Below are positions 37,101-48,261 of a DNA stretch of 64,000 nt, one piece after another (position 1 is the first letter of the stretch; every line of letters begins with the position of its first letter). The DNA lies in NCBI GenBank assembly GCA_964234715.1, contig OZ174282.1; one strand, 5' to 3'. A model generated the notes under the pieces. That model saw nothing but the letters and a program-made list of their open reading frames with translations, was not told where the DNA came from and searched no databases. The position numbers and the translations under genes are program-made. The stretch is from Podarcis melisellensis (lineage: Eukaryota).

Positions 37101-39543
37101 CTCTCTCTTTGTGGCAAAACATCTTCTGATGAACTGGCTTTTGGCTCTTTTAGGACCTCGCTGCTGTTCCAGGATTTGGGAGTGGAGCCTGGGATTTGCA
37201 GCCCCCTGCGCACGTCAAAATCAGGTCAGTCCTCCTCTGCAATTTTCAGGCAGTGTTGTGTTGTGGTTACTCTGTGGACTCCTTGTATATATGCTTTGTG
37301 GGACCGGTGGTTTCAGCATTGTGGTCCTTCAGTGACAAGACAAGCTTAACTAGGGTGATTGTGTATTTCAAATGCTCAGTTGCAACTCCAAACCAACATC
37401 TTCACAGGAAATGCCACAAAATCGAGTTTTACTCATCCCTCATGCCAAGTGAAGGAAACACTCCAGCTTTCATCAGTAACTCTGGAGCAATGTCCTCAGT
37501 TGTCTCCACACCACACATCTCCTTTTTATCCTCACAGCAACCCTGTGAGGTAGGTTGGGCTAAGCAAAAGCATCAGGCCTGGGGTCTCCCAGGGAGCCTC
37601 ATAGCCAAGTGAGGAATTTGTCCCTGGGCCCTCCCTGGGGTGCTGCATCTTGCAACCCACAGACTCTCACTGCAAGGAGATTTGGTTGCTGGTCTGAGGG
37701 CAGCCCTGGGACTTGTGGCTGGACCATGAAAACGAGGAGGCATAATTGCCTCTTGATCAAAGCTCACATGACACTGAGTCCTCCGTCTGCAAATCCTTCT
37801 AGAAATGGTGGTGGGAGCCTGTGGGCACATAATTTGAAGCACAAGAGAACAGAATTAGGCAAGAGGCTGCCTGATCAGAATGTCTATACTGGGTCACTTT
37901 CACACAGTACATTTAAAGTGCTGTGATATCCCATTCTTGCTAGATTAGTTTTACGTTGTTGTTTTTTGTTGTTGTTTTTTGCTGCTGGAATTCGTTAAAC
38001 AGGTTGGTTATTGTTAATTTATTGCTTTGAATATAGCTCAAGTCAGTCGAGCATGAGACACTTAATCTCAGGGTCTTGGGTTTGAGCCCCACGTTGGGCA
38101 AAAAGGTTCCCGCTTTGCCAGGGGTTAATTCCCCTCGTGGTCCCTTCAGCTCTGTAGTTCTCTGATTCTGTGACACTACACTGAGTAGGGCTGCCATACA
38201 CCCAGAAGTGCCCAGACATAGCTGGGATTCGTCTGCCGGAAATAGCGTCTGGGCAGAATTACTGAAATTCAGCCAAAATGTCCAGGAAACCCCAGGCACA
38301 GAGCAACCCATGTTGGAAGTGTTGATGTTTTGGCAAATTTCATTTTAAAAAACCTCAAAAGCATTTTTTAAAAAGCTCAACAACTTTGCTACTTTTGCTT
38401 CTTGTAATATGGCAACCCTAATATTGAGGTTTGTCAGGGATTATGTGTTTCTTTGGACAAACAGGTGGGATAGACATTTTAAAAATGTGTGCCACTCTTT
38501 CGGTTTTTGGGAGGGACATACAGGATACAAATGCAATATACAAAGACTCTGCTGTTTTTTTCATTTCTGCTTGTGGGATTCCACAGTGCTTTTGCTTTGG
38601 AAGGAAGAAAATCCTGCAAGGAGCCCTGTCTGTTGGCAGAAGAATAGCTAGGCGTGATGTCTTCCCCCGTCTTTTGTTCACCCTCTCCCTTCTCTCTGCA
38701 GGAACCAAAGTAATTCCCAAGAACATCACGGTGATGGTGGGCACAGACCTGGTCCTGCCTTGCCGCCCAACCTCCAACCTGGCCCAGGCTCGCTGGACCT
38801 TCAATGGGCAGGAGTTGCCTGAGGAGCGGGACTCGGTCCTGTACGATGCCCACCTCAAGGCGCTGATCATCTTGGGCACCAGCCTGAAGCACAGTGGGCT
38901 GTACAGGTGTGTCCAGCTGGAGGAACGCAATGAGCTGATGTCCGAGAGCTACGTGGTCACCGTGGTCTCTGGCCCGGCCATGTCTCTGGAAGCGCGAGCC
39001 CCTCTGGAGAACCTGGGCCTGGTGTGGATGGTTGTGATCGCTCTGGCCGCCGTGTGCTTGGTGCTTCTGTTGGTGGTGCTGTCCCTGCGGCGCAGGCTCA
39101 AGGAAGAGCTGGAGAAGGGCTCCAAGGCCATCGAGAGCACCCTGGTCTACCCCATTGAGCTGCCCAAGGAGGCGAAGAGCCCCACCTTCATTCCCAGCAC
39201 CACCTCGGACTCGGACGAGAAGCTGTGGGACCCAGCCAGCTACTACTACTCTGACGGGTCCCTGAAGATCGTCCCCGGCCATGCCGTGTGCCAGAACGGA
39301 GGCACCACACCCTCTCCCACCACCAACGGCATCCCCGGGCAGCCCCTGCAGTCTCCCCCGCTCCATTCGCCCAACCGCATCAACCTGGGCAACATCCGCG
39401 GCTCTTCCTCCAACGGCTACATCCGCCTCAACCTGGGCGCCGAGGAGCGGCCAGACTTCAGCGACCTGGCCGAGGAGCTGCGCCGGAAGCTCAAGCAGAG
39501 GCAAGCGCTGCCTGACTCAAACCCTGAGGAGTCGTCCGTATGA
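1087..39543 (+). CDS. SEMA4C: Semaphorin-4C, complete spliced CDS: join(1087..1204,26497..26645,27286..27348,29570..29668,29784..29880,30186..30302,30892..31043,31556..31731,33014..33158,34760..34955,35766..35881,36525..36682,37154..37224,38702..39543); 2499 nt, 832 aa
   Basis: All introns are GT-AG with consistent phases. The protein has a signal peptide followed by [10 protein letters not shown], a sema domain ([40 protein letters not shown]), a PSI domain ([20 protein letters not shown]), an Ig domain, a TM segment ([25 protein letters not shown]) and a cytoplasmic tail ([24 protein letters not shown]...[10 protein letters not shown]) characteristic of SEMA4C. Confidence 0.97.
1523..1737. 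mobile_element. Tc1/mariner-pogo (Tigger-like) MITE
   Basis: TA|CAGTAGTATCTCGGGTTA...TAACCCAAGGTACCACTG|TA; TA TSD. Confidence 0.85.
1801..1850. repeat. (ATT)n microsatellite; others are (TG)n 129-160, (ATC)n 10771-10809 and (CT)n 16112-16164
   Basis: Seen directly in the sequence. Confidence 0.95.
2679..3238. mobile_element. Non-autonomous hAT (Buster-type) element carrying a CpG-island-like interior
   Basis: 13-bp perfect TIR CAGTGTTTCCCAA / TTGGGAAACACTG; perfect 8-bp TSD GCTTAACT (2671-2678, 3239-3246) with central TA; subterminal GTGTGCCG repeats at both ends. Confidence 0.92.
6875..7337. mobile_element. Non-autonomous hAT (Charlie/Buster-type) with a GC-rich interior
   Basis: TIR CAGAGGTTTTCAACC / GGTTGAAGACCACTG; TSD ACCTAAGG / ACCTAAGT. 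Confidence 0.82.
9350..9660 (+). mobile_element. CR1-type LINE 3' fragment
   Basis: agattcagg...aagaaaaatacttctt...ttggatggctttaagagaggattagac...ggaggaaaagg, typical of the CR1 ORF2 end and 3' UTR. Confidence 0.6.
10839..11031. mobile_element. hAT-Charlie-type MITE
   Basis: Ends in TTTGGCCACCCCTG; internal ccggccc motifs; TSD ACCTAGTG / ACCTAGCG. Confidence 0.75.
11288..11490 (+). mobile_element. tRNA-derived SINE (Squam3-like); related copies at about 26290-26465 (-), 30572-30780 (+), 63790-64000 (+)
   Basis: Box A/B-like head (gtagaggttagagtg...ccagggttcgaatctcc) and a body shared between copies (acctaacagggcagttgtggggatta). Confidence 0.7.
12149..12367. mobile_element. Tc1/mariner-type MITE
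   Basis: TA|CAGTCCTACCTT...AAGGTATGACCG|TA. Confidence 0.7.
13241..13590 (-). mobile_element. Sauria (POM-type) SINE, near full length
   Basis: Minus-strand head gggacgcgggtggcgctgtgggttaaacc; core ctgccaacctagcagtttgaaagcac; (ACCTTT)n tail; 12-bp TSD AGTATGACAGTA (13229-13240, 13592-13603). Confidence 0.92.
16199..16352. other. Assembly gap (N run)
   Basis: 154 N. Confidence 0.99.
22803..22944. other. Assembly gap (N run)
   Basis: 142 N. Confidence 0.99.
24031..25045 (+). mobile_element. L2-type LINE 3' portion with degenerate reverse transcriptase
   Basis: Decayed (Y)[21 protein letters not shown] and [25 protein letters not shown] motifs with frameshifts and stops; 3' tail and (AAAC)n. 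Confidence 0.85.
26497..26645 (+). CDS. SEMA4C: SEMA4C coding exon 2
   Basis: ttgcag acceptor; [50 protein letters not shown]; gtgagt donor. Confidence 0.95.
27286..27348 (+). CDS. SEMA4C: SEMA4C coding exon 3
   Basis: ttgcag acceptor; [21 protein letters not shown]; gtaag donor. Confidence 0.95.
28975..29183. mobile_element. Tigger-like MITE
   Basis: Perfect 19-bp TIR CAGTGGTACCTCTGGTTAC; TA TSD. Confidence 0.9.
29395..29518 (+). mobile_element. tRNA-Lys-derived SINE with CR1-type tail (partial); another copy at about 38030-38170
   Basis: atgagactctaaatctcagggttgtgggtttgagccccacg followed by ggggttggactagatgaccctcggggtcccttccaactct. Confidence 0.75.
29570..29668 (+). CDS. SEMA4C: SEMA4C coding exon 4
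   Basis: ctcag acceptor; [33 protein letters not shown]; gtgagt donor. Confidence 0.96.
29784..29880 (+). CDS. SEMA4C: SEMA4C coding exon 5
   Basis: ttgcag acceptor; [32 protein letters not shown]; gtaagt donor. Confidence 0.96.
30186..30302 (+). CDS. SEMA4C: SEMA4C coding exon 6
   Basis: tttag acceptor; [39 protein letters not shown]; gtgaga donor. Confidence 0.95.
30892..31043 (+). CDS. SEMA4C: SEMA4C coding exon 7
   Basis: tgtag acceptor; [51 protein letters not shown]; gtagg donor. Confidence 0.96.
31556..31731 (+). CDS. SEMA4C: SEMA4C coding exon 8
   Basis: tgcag acceptor; [59 protein letters not shown]; gtaag donor. Confidence 0.96.
33014..33158 (+). CDS. SEMA4C: SEMA4C coding exon 9
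   Basis: ctgcag acceptor; [48 protein letters not shown]; gtaagt donor. Confidence 0.96.
33708..34340 (+). mobile_element. tRNA-Lys-derived SINE with CR1-type tail, split by an L1-like insertion
   Basis: Head gggatagctcagttggtagagc...gggttcaagccccacattgggc; the tail resumes as aactctgc after 34322. Confidence 0.8.
33834..34305 (-). mobile_element. 5'-truncated L1/Tx1-like LINE 3' end
   Basis: The minus strand encodes ...[22 protein letters not shown], then an AT-rich 3' UTR, AATAAA and poly(A); perfect 17-bp TSD CCCTCGTGGTCATTTCC (33817-33833, 34306-34322). Confidence 0.85.
34760..34955 (+). CDS. SEMA4C: SEMA4C coding exon 10 (not in the ORF track; appears about 27 nt shorter than the mammalian exon)
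   Basis: ttccag acceptor; [65 protein letters not shown]; gtatg donor. Confidence 0.95.
35766..35881 (+). CDS. SEMA4C: SEMA4C coding exon 11
   Basis: ttttctgaag acceptor; [39 protein letters not shown]; gtaag donor. Confidence 0.93.
36525..36682 (+). CDS. SEMA4C: SEMA4C coding exon 12 (PSI domain)
   Basis: cccag acceptor; [53 protein letters not shown]; gtaag donor. Confidence 0.95.
37154..37224 (+). CDS. SEMA4C: SEMA4C coding exon 13
   Basis: ttttag acceptor; [23 protein letters not shown]; gtcagt donor; the phases link exons 12 and 14. Confidence 0.88.
38702..39543 (+). CDS. SEMA4C: SEMA4C last coding exon (Ig, TM, cytoplasmic tail with class I PDZ-binding ESSV)
   Basis: ctgcag acceptor; [21 protein letters not shown]...[10 protein letters not shown], stop TGA at 39541-39543. 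Confidence 0.97.
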
Positions 39544-39580
39544 GCAGCGCCATGGACTGGGCCTGTGTATTATTCCTCAA

Positions 39581-39588
39581 CTACCTCA
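39581..39588 (+). promoter_or_regulatory. let-7 family 8-mer miRNA site in the SEMA4C 3' UTR
   Basis: CTACCTCA is the reverse complement of let-7 nt 2-8 plus A; the preceding A extends pairing to nt 9. Confidence 0.55.
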
Positions 39589-40578
39589 TAAACTAGGCTG
39601 GGATCACTGCCCCTGGCTGGTTCTACTTCTTTTTTTAAGAAAAGAAAATCCTATTTAAATACTTCCTTCAGACACTTTGGCCCCCAGTTTTTATACACTG
39701 CCAAGCCCCCATTACAGGCTGCTCCTGCCTCATTCAGTGTTTTCAGCCGTGCTTCCTTCTGAGAAATCCCCAGGACTTTGTGGGAGGTGTGTTCAACTCT
39801 TCCTTTGCCTTCGATGGTGAGCCTGAACCTCACTGGAGACTTAACCATTGGACGGGCAGACCCAGTAATTCAGGCTTGCCCACTCCCACCCCCACCCCGA
39901 AACAGCTCTGTGGCTGATGGCAGAGTGGACAGCAAAAGGCAGGGCAGAGTCTCGTTCCCAGTACACAGCTGCTGTTGGGTCCATGCTGTTCTGTTTGCCA
40001 CTTCCGCTGGGCTAACCAGGAAACAACCAGCCAAATGCAATAGTTGGGCCAGGGTAGCTGAGAGTCTGTGCCCCCCACCCATGCCTCTGAAGGAAACACT
40101 CCACCCCAGGGAGTAATGCCACAAAGGGGGGCCTGCATGTGTGGGGCTGGGCCTCTTCAAGCTTAGATGTCTTGGTGAGAGCGAAAAGGGGTTGGGAAGG
40201 TGGCGCAGGGAAGAATTGAGTTCCAGGGAAGACTTGCAATAACTGAGCTGGAGGCTGCTTTGCCTGGAAAAGACCCACCTTTTGTCAAGGGGTGGGCCAA
40301 AAGGTGGCACCACCAGGGAAGGTGCGCAGAATCTGGGTTTGCCTAAGGGATTGTGGTCAGGTCAAGGCAGAAAGTTTTGAGTGGCAATCTCCCATCCTGC
40401 TAAAGCCTTCCGGGCTTATGCTCAATTCAGGGGGGCTTGTGCAGGAGATCTCCCCAGTAAATCACACCCTTCCCAGTCTGTGAGGTGCCCTCCCCATGGC
40501 ACCTCCAGATCTGCCACCTGGGGTGACCACCTTTACTTACCCCATGGTTAGACTTGCTTCTGGAGGGAGAGAGAGAAC

Positions 40579-40580
<2 letters not shown>

Positions 40581-40668
<88 letters not shown>
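40581..40668. repeat. Compound (GT)n(GA)n microsatellite in the SEMA4C 3' UTR
   Basis: Seen directly in the sequence. Confidence 0.95.
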
Positions 40669-40672
<4 letters not shown>

Positions 40673-41045
40673 TCTTCCTTCAAAGCAATTGACTGCTGTG
40701 ACTAAACTGAGCTTCCTCCCTTCTTTTTTGGGGAATGAGGAGCATGCAGTGTAGATACCCCCACCCCCCTGGCTGTATCCCTGCCTGGTAACCAAGCCCT
40801 CAACACAGCCAGACCCTTCCCCTAATCCCGCATGCCTCACACCACTGCCAGCAGCTGACTTCACCCCTTCCTCTCTTTTTACCCTTTTTTAATCCAAGAA
40901 AAACCCCCTGTAAATAATAAGAGGGGCCTCTTGATAACAAGGGTCTCTTGCTCACCCTGCCCACCTCCCCCAGGCAATTCGTGTAATTTATTTGTTACTG
41001 AAATATATTTATTTGATGTAAATATCTGGATATTTTTATATTAAT

Positions 41046-41051
41046 AATAAA
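41046..41051 (+). terminator. Polyadenylation signal of SEMA4C
   Basis: AATAAA after an AU-rich tract containing two TGTAAATA motifs, with a GU-rich downstream element. Confidence 0.7.
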
Positions 41052-44000
41052 ATGGAGAATAAGAATAACATGATGAGGACTGTGTTCATCGGGCGTGGGG
41101 GTTTCTCTTCCATTGCAGAACATGCCTTCTCAGGAGGAGAGTGTGCATTATATGTTATTAATAATAATTGACGGCAGTGATAATATTGTTAAAACCTCAT
41201 TGGGTGTACACTGCATTTTACAGAGCAGAAGAGGTCCTTGTCCCAGGCAGACGGCAATCTAAATCAAGATGGGAGAGAGAAGGAAATTGGGAGGAAAAAG
41301 TGTGAATGTGGTGTGTATCCAGGACCAGCCCTACTCAAGAGTAGACCCATGGACGTTAAATGGCATGGCTAACATTGTTTTCATTGGCTCTGTACATTGC
41401 ATTTGGAAGAGAAGAGAGAGGCAAAGGCGTCACCTTGGGAGGAAGGCTGAATAAGGGCCATATATTGGGATATGGTGGTGGGCGGTTTCTGATTGCCTCT
41501 TCTCGAAAACGAAGCCCTGACAAATTGCTGTGTGATTATGCTAACCTTTGCCAAACTCCAGATATTTTTGACAACACCCCAGTGTATCTCTTGCAATGAA
41601 GAGACCTGTAGTTCAAAACATCTCGAGGGTGCTAGGTTGGTGAAAGTTGGTTTTCTGTGATTTTTTTATTCCTGGCTATGATGCATCTCAGATGATGAAT
41701 TGCCCCAGACAGGAGAAACTCTTCTTTTTCTGCCCTGTGGAGGCCACTCCTGGATATCGCGCTGTCCTTTCGTTAGCTTTCCCGACAACTGGGCCTCTTT
41801 CCCCGCGATCTTTGGGGCCTGCCCTTGTGACAGCCTGCCAGTCTTTTTCCTTTCGCTTGTGAGCTCATGGAAAAAGAACAGCAGGGCTATAAAAGGGCAT
41901 TTCTCTGTTCCCAGCACTCCAGAGGGCCGAGCAGGGAGGAGAGGGGTGGGGTGGGAGAGACTGGAGGAAAGAACCAGAGCTCCCAGGAAGCAGCTCTCTG
42001 GGCTCTGTTGTCACAACTGCCAATTTAATGCCTTCCCTGCTCCTGTTGATTTGTACACGCATTTATAAATATGTTAAGGATGGAAGTAATGGTGTGTGTT
42101 GCAACAGATTTCTCCTCCCCCACTTATCCTGCCTTGATTCCCTTCTAGCTTCCAGTCTGGGAAAATAATCCATAGTTTTCCCCTGCTACACATGAGGCGC
42201 AGATCAGGCAATCAGCTAACAATAACCTTGCAATGAAGAGATGAAATTGGGTGTTTAAAAAGGATTTGCAAGGAAGCTTCTGGAGTGGAACGTGGAATCT
42301 CAAGATATCTGTGCATCCCGAGCTTGTGACCTATTTTGGCATCTCAGCATTCAGTTCCTTATTTTCATAGCACTTACAACTTCTTTGCCAAGAGTAAAGC
42401 AAAGTGTTTTTGTGTGTATCAATTAACATGGTGCTTCAGCAAAAAATAGACTGCTCTCCACCACCAAAAGAACTTAAAATCTACATTTTTACAGAGGGGG
42501 AATAGCGAAGAGAAGAGAGGGAGGGATCTTTGTGAGCAATGAAGTTAAACCTACATAGGCTTTGCTAGAGTTGGCAATGAAGATAAAGTCAAAGGCTTTG
42601 TGATCCTTGCAACACCCCTGTAATGAAGATCTGTATTACTGTCAAGTTGTGGAGGATGAGGCACAACCGTTGCTTAGCTCAGACCACACTAGCGAGTTCA
42701 TAGCAGAGGCCAACCCGAGGACACAAAATGCACTACTGCCTGCCTGACACTACTGTCTAAATGAATCGAGGCACGCTACCCATAGAGCCATTAAGTCCAG
42801 AATCAAAAATTTGCTATCCGTACCACAGGGCAGTGTGGATTCCTGGCAGTGACCAAACCTGCCTTGGTGTTGCATTTGGCATCCTTGCTTTCTAATCCAG
42901 CAGTGACCGCTGCCCGTTGGCACAGGCGGGATGGACAGCAGGGAAGCCTATGACAGGTGGCTCCAGAGCCACACTATTCATCCTCCCAAGAACTCTGGGA
43001 GCTGTAGTTTGCTAAGGGTGCTGAGAGTTGTTTGGAGACCCCTGTTCCCCTCTGGGAGTTGCAGAGTGTTTACAACCAATCCCTCTTCACAGAGAACTCT
43101 GGGAGGGGAGTAGGAGACTCCCAACAACTCTCAGCACCCTTAATAAACTATAGCTCCCAGAATCCTTTGGGGAAAGCCATGCCTGTTTCATGGGCTTTAA
43201 ATGGAGGGTGTGAATGAGGCCGAAGAGGGCAGGCAGGTGTCAGCTGGCGGGCAGGATGGTGGGGCAGTGCCTCATTTGCCGTAGCAGAACAGCCTTCATT
43301 GTGGCCAGATCACTTCCCCGGGTGGAATAAGCAGGTTACTTGCTTCCCTTCCTCCTGACTCAGCCCCACTCCCATCCAGCTGTCATTTTTTTTTATTTCA
43401 AGAGCTGGCAACTCTCTAAAAGCACACTCAGGTGCTGAGTGCTGATGGTGTTGTCCTCAAAATAGAGCCCTTTAGAAAGAAGAGAGAGATAACAGCATGC
43501 TTGGGAGAAACGTAAAGTTCAAAAGAAACAAAAACACAGAATCATAAAATTGTTGAGTTAGAAGGAATTCCAAAGGTCATCTAGTCCAACTCTCTGCAAT
43601 GCAGGAATCACAGCTAAGGGATCCTGACAGAAGGCCATCCAGCCTCCACTTAGAAACCTCCAGTGAAGGAGAGTCCACCTCTTCCGAGATAGTCCACTGT
43701 CAAACATATTTTACCATCAGAAAGTTCAACCAGCTCAGCTCAATAAGGTCTGAGCCTGGTCGGCACCCACAGAGTGCTGAATGTCAGCTGGAAAAGAAAA
43801 GCAGAGGGCTGGGTGGGGTCAAATGGAGTTTCCTGGTGGAGAGCAAGGCTGGCAGGCTGAATCCCTGAGCAGGAACCCTCCTATTAGGAGGTCAGGGTAC
43901 ACTGCAACACTTCGTTGCAGGTCTCGCTTAACAGATAAATAATAACCATATGTCTTCTAAGATTCACTTGTGTAAGAATAGAGGCAGCCCCAATAGAAAT

Positions 44001-45996
44001 GACACAAAAAGGTCCAGATAAGAGCTGTCACAGTGTGACATTGGAATGGGTTTGGAGATGTGTGTGTTTTTATAGGGTTTGAACTCTTGAAACAGATGCA
44101 TAAAAGATATATGTCTGCAGGCAAAGGATGGGAAATGGGTAATGCTCAATTGACTCTTCCCAGTCTGCAAGGGGTGGGGGGCAGGTCTCACTTTGGCAGA
44201 GAGTCTTTTCCCATGGCCTTAGGTTGCCTTGATAGTTCCTGTGTTATGCCCATCCTGTCCACTTTAAAAAGAAACAGCTGGATTTCAGGCAGGAGCATGA
44301 AGCAAATTTGGAAAGAGAGCAGTGCACTTCGGGGTCACGTGGCCGGTGAGGCCCAGCTCCCTCTTTCGAGAACTGAACACCAAACTGGTCCCCTCCAGAG
44401 GTTTTGGGGCACATCACTCATCGGTGCCAGGGGTGTTGGGGAGGGCTAGTGACTATTATTGGCAGGGGATGTGGTAGGCCTGAGGCCCATCCCAGCAACC
44501 AATCCCACCCCCCACCCCACCTCGAAAGGAAAACAACAACAGAGGAAACAGAGACTTCATCCTCTCATCACTGTCTTCAGCTGAACAAGAAAAAGAACGC
44601 AGGCATTCTGGCTCCCAAGCACACACACACACATTCCCCCATTAGGATTTGAGCACAGATGGCTTCCCGTTGCCTGCCCTCGCTTCTGTGCCGACACACA
44701 ACTCCCTTGCCATGTTCTAAATACATCCCACCAGTAAAGACTGGGCTAAAACTGTTTTGCCCCACATGCTCCTCTTTTTATGGGTGTGAAAGATGGGAGA
44801 TGTCTCTGCATGTGTCAAAGCTGTGGGCAGCAGACCAGGATGAGATTATCTACGTATTCTGTCTGTGCTGCCCCCCCCCCCTGTTTTTAATTGTAATATG
44901 TCAGATGTCTTCCCAGGGTGAACTAGACAGGGACTGAACTGACACAAAGCATTTCACAGCTGCTTCACACACATTGAAACTAGTTGATTTGTTTCATCTA
45001 TATTTTGAGAGGGAGGTGGAATTCCGTTAGGTGGGAATCATCGTTTCCACCCACCATTTTGCTTCCCACAAAAACGCCTGTCCCAAGGAGCTTTTTCGAT
45101 TGGGGGGAATTCAAAATGGCTGGCACCATGAGAAAAAATGGCTGCCACTTAGTCAAGCAGCAGCAGAATATTGAGAGAAACTTACACTTGCTTTTACACA
45201 GTGGGCAGATCGTTCCCCCAGCAACTCATTTTATTCGAGAGCTGCACTACAGTTAAATACTTCCCTCCAAAAGGACAATGACTGAAGCAAGCTTATTAAA
45301 AATATAAAGTCACAGTATGCCGTTTCATAAAATCCTATTTTTAAACTTGAACTGCAAGAAAAAAACATTTTTTACATGTGGGTTTCTTTTTTCCTTTTGT
45401 TGAAGAAGACTGTCTTGCAAAAAACAAATAAACAAATACAATTTATTCAAAAGTAGATACAAACATTTTTGGGAGAGGGAAGGGGCGGAACCAGAGATTG
45501 CCAGAGAATCCTATGCAAAAATCAGAAACCAACCCCATTGAGCTCAGTAGTTTACTCCCAACTAAATGTGCTGAAGAATCAGCTATATCATTCAGAGAAA
45601 TGTGTTTTTGGAAGGGGCCATTTCACAAAGGCATTTCTCCTCAAATTGCTGGGACAATTTTCTACTTTTTGGCCCAATGTCTGCTTCTCCCCAGCCCTGG
45701 CATGAGCAGCAACACAGACTCTGCCAGAGCCTTGTTTTTAGGCCCCTCAGCTGCAGGCGCCCATTCCTCAGTGCCAGGCGGGCGTGAGAAGCTGAGGCAA
45801 AGGAATGGCTCTTCAGAGCTGGTCTTCCTGATAACAGCAGCGGAGTTAGGATCCCCTCGCTTTCACAGTGCACAAAGCAAATGGCCGTATGGAAAAGGAA
45901 TATGCAGACTGTTTAAAAAGCCTTTGAGCTTTGATTTTGTTCCAAATACGACCAGTGGCTTGTATTGATGAACCAGCTTATTCTGACTGTTTACAG

Positions 45997-46110
45997 CAGC
46001 CTTGGGCAGCCTGGCGCCCTCCAGATGTTCTGGACTACAACTCCCATCAGCCCCAGCCAGCTGGAGTGGTAGTCCAAAACATCTGGAGGGCACCAGGCTG
46101 CCCAAGCCTG
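45997..46110. mobile_element. Palindromic hAT-like MITE (ggactacaactccca family); many related copies across the window
   Basis: Fold-back cagccttgggcagcctggcgccctccagatgtt...aacatctggagggcaccaggctgcccaagcctg; related copies at about 6009, 23373, 26717, 27373, 35110, 41545, 53544, 57428-57790 and 61030. Confidence 0.8.
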
Positions 46111-48261
46111 TGAAGTCAATTCTGTGCAGCCAGGAAATGACCCCTCTGCCTTGCAGAATGAGCCCTGTCGCTGCTCAGCAGGGGGCCGTGGAAGATTCGC
46201 TCTGGGCAGAGGACGGAGGCGGCCTGCAGATGAAGCTGCCTGCGTCAGAAAGAGCCCCGACACAGCCCAGTAGATGCAAACAAAGGCGAGAGGGGCTGGG
46301 AAAAGCACTGTCCCACAAGCAGATTTGGCCTCCTTCCTAGCCTTTCCCACAAGCTGCAGGAACAGACTGGTGCTGGAGTGCTGGCTGAGAGATGGCTCTG
46401 GCCCCGTCCTCTCCAGAGTTTAACTTGGCCACCCTCCAGATGATTAATCTTAATTGAATGGCCGTGAGGGAACAGGGGGAGAAAGAATCCACACCACCAC
46501 GCCAAACTGTCCGGCCCCAGCATGAGAATTTCAGGATTAAGAAATGTGGAGAATTGGCAGTTCCTAGGTCTAATGCAGGAGGGACAGCGAGGTATTTTCA
46601 GATAACGGCTGCTGTGCTTTGAGGAAATAGGGGTGACAGACTCCCGAACCCTAGAAACCAAAATAGTATGTTCACACGCCACCTTCTTTCTCTGCTCTTC
46701 AGTCTATTCCACATTAGAGACCTCTAGTTTAGTGATACTGAGACTTTTGTTTTATTTTCCCTTTTTTTGCAACTAGCTGGAAGCAGGTGACTCTGACTCC
46801 ATGTGGCAGTTAATTTGTGTTTCTTTTAGAATGCATGTTTATCAAGCATCCACCCTGATCCGTTTGCACAATGTTTGAGGTGAAGCTAGATGATATCAGC
46901 TCTGCTTGTGCATTTATTCTGATTTGTTTGCAGGGAGAGGATACTGCATTGCATCAGGCATGTGTTTTCCCATCACTTTCCTTATTGCAAAAAGTCAGAT
47001 ATTTTGGGAAATGGGTTTATTGTGAAAGAGCTCCAGAACAACTTTAATTGTGCAGCTGTCATTTTCTATTATTGTGTGAGCCTACTCCCACGCAGACTGG
47101 AAGGTCCCATAGAGCTCTAATTCCTGTTACAATCCCACAACACAACTATCCCCACAGCTAAAGTGGGTGCCGCCGTATTACACCAGCCATTTCACTCGAG
47201 GGCCCTCCCCCCCAAAGTTGAATATTTGCGTATTCATGTTGTTGTTCTTGTTCTTGTTGTTACTACTACTACTAGTAGGGGTGGTGGTGCACAACAGCTA
47301 AAATGAAAATGTAAAGGGAGGAAGAGAGAAAAGAAATGGGCCAAAGCTAGCTGTCCAAAACCATGGAGGAAGGGATCAGTTGCAGGAGACATAATGGCAG
47401 AAGTGGTTTCAATCTTTGCGACTTTAGCACAAAACCAAAAATTTCCATTCTTAGGTTGGCTAGTAATAACAATTGGAAATAATTGTTTTATTTTAATCTT
47501 TTAAAATATTTTTTTAAAAATCTATTTTAATATTTATAAACTACTCTTCTGGACAAAGGTGAAGTATAACATAAAACATAAAACCACACTAATGCGATAT
47601 ATTAAAATTTCAAAATGAAAATCAAAACAACTCGACCCCACACCTGAAAACAGCAACACATTAAAATACTGTTCAGACAGTAGTAAACAAGCCCCAAACT
47701 GGTTAAAAACCACATGAAGCAGGCTGCTTCTAAAAGTCTCTCTGAGAAGAGAAGCTACCAGGCTTCCATCACTTGGGAGGCCGTTCCCTAGAGAAGGCCC
47801 TGGCCGGAGTGCCTGCCCACTGGACGAGTGAACAAGCCGGGCCTCCCAAGCTGATCTCCAAAGGACAAAGAGGTTCCTACAGGCACAGGAGGTCCTTCCA
47901 TTTACCTGGCCCGAAATTCTGTCCCCCGGGCCTCTCTGTCAAGCCCACAAAACTCTCCCCAGGCCACCACCCCCTCTCCACAAGCATTTTTCTCTGGCTG
48001 AAAAGTGTCCTTGAACTTGCCTCCTGCTTGCCTGCGTGGAAAGTGGAGAGGATTGTGCATGGAAACGACAGGCTGCTGTACAAAGGTAACATTTACCTTT
48101 GCTGCCCCACCCACTTTTGCTCCTGGACCCACCCCCACTAGGGACTGACCAGAAGCAGATGCATCCCTTGGGCTGAAAAGAGGTTCTCCATCCCAGGCTT
48201 AGAGCTTTGAGGTATAAAAACAGCACTTTGAATTTCAGGGCTGGTAGGGGGCCATATTTTT

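Larger units (their letters stand above)
39544..41070 (+). other. SEMA4C: SEMA4C 3' UTR
   Basis: Follows the stop codon; AU-rich distal end with AATAAA at 41046-41051 and GU-rich sequence downstream (tgtgttc, gggtttct). The end position is approximate. Confidence 0.75.

Noticed and set aside
38479-39504. 341-aa minus-strand ORF
   Set aside because: Antisense shadow of the GC3-rich last SEMA4C exon; no recognisable protein.
45290-46353. Possible minus-strand terminal exon (acceptor at 46354, AT-rich tail with AATAAA)
   Set aside because: Translations are unrecognisable and such signals are common by chance.
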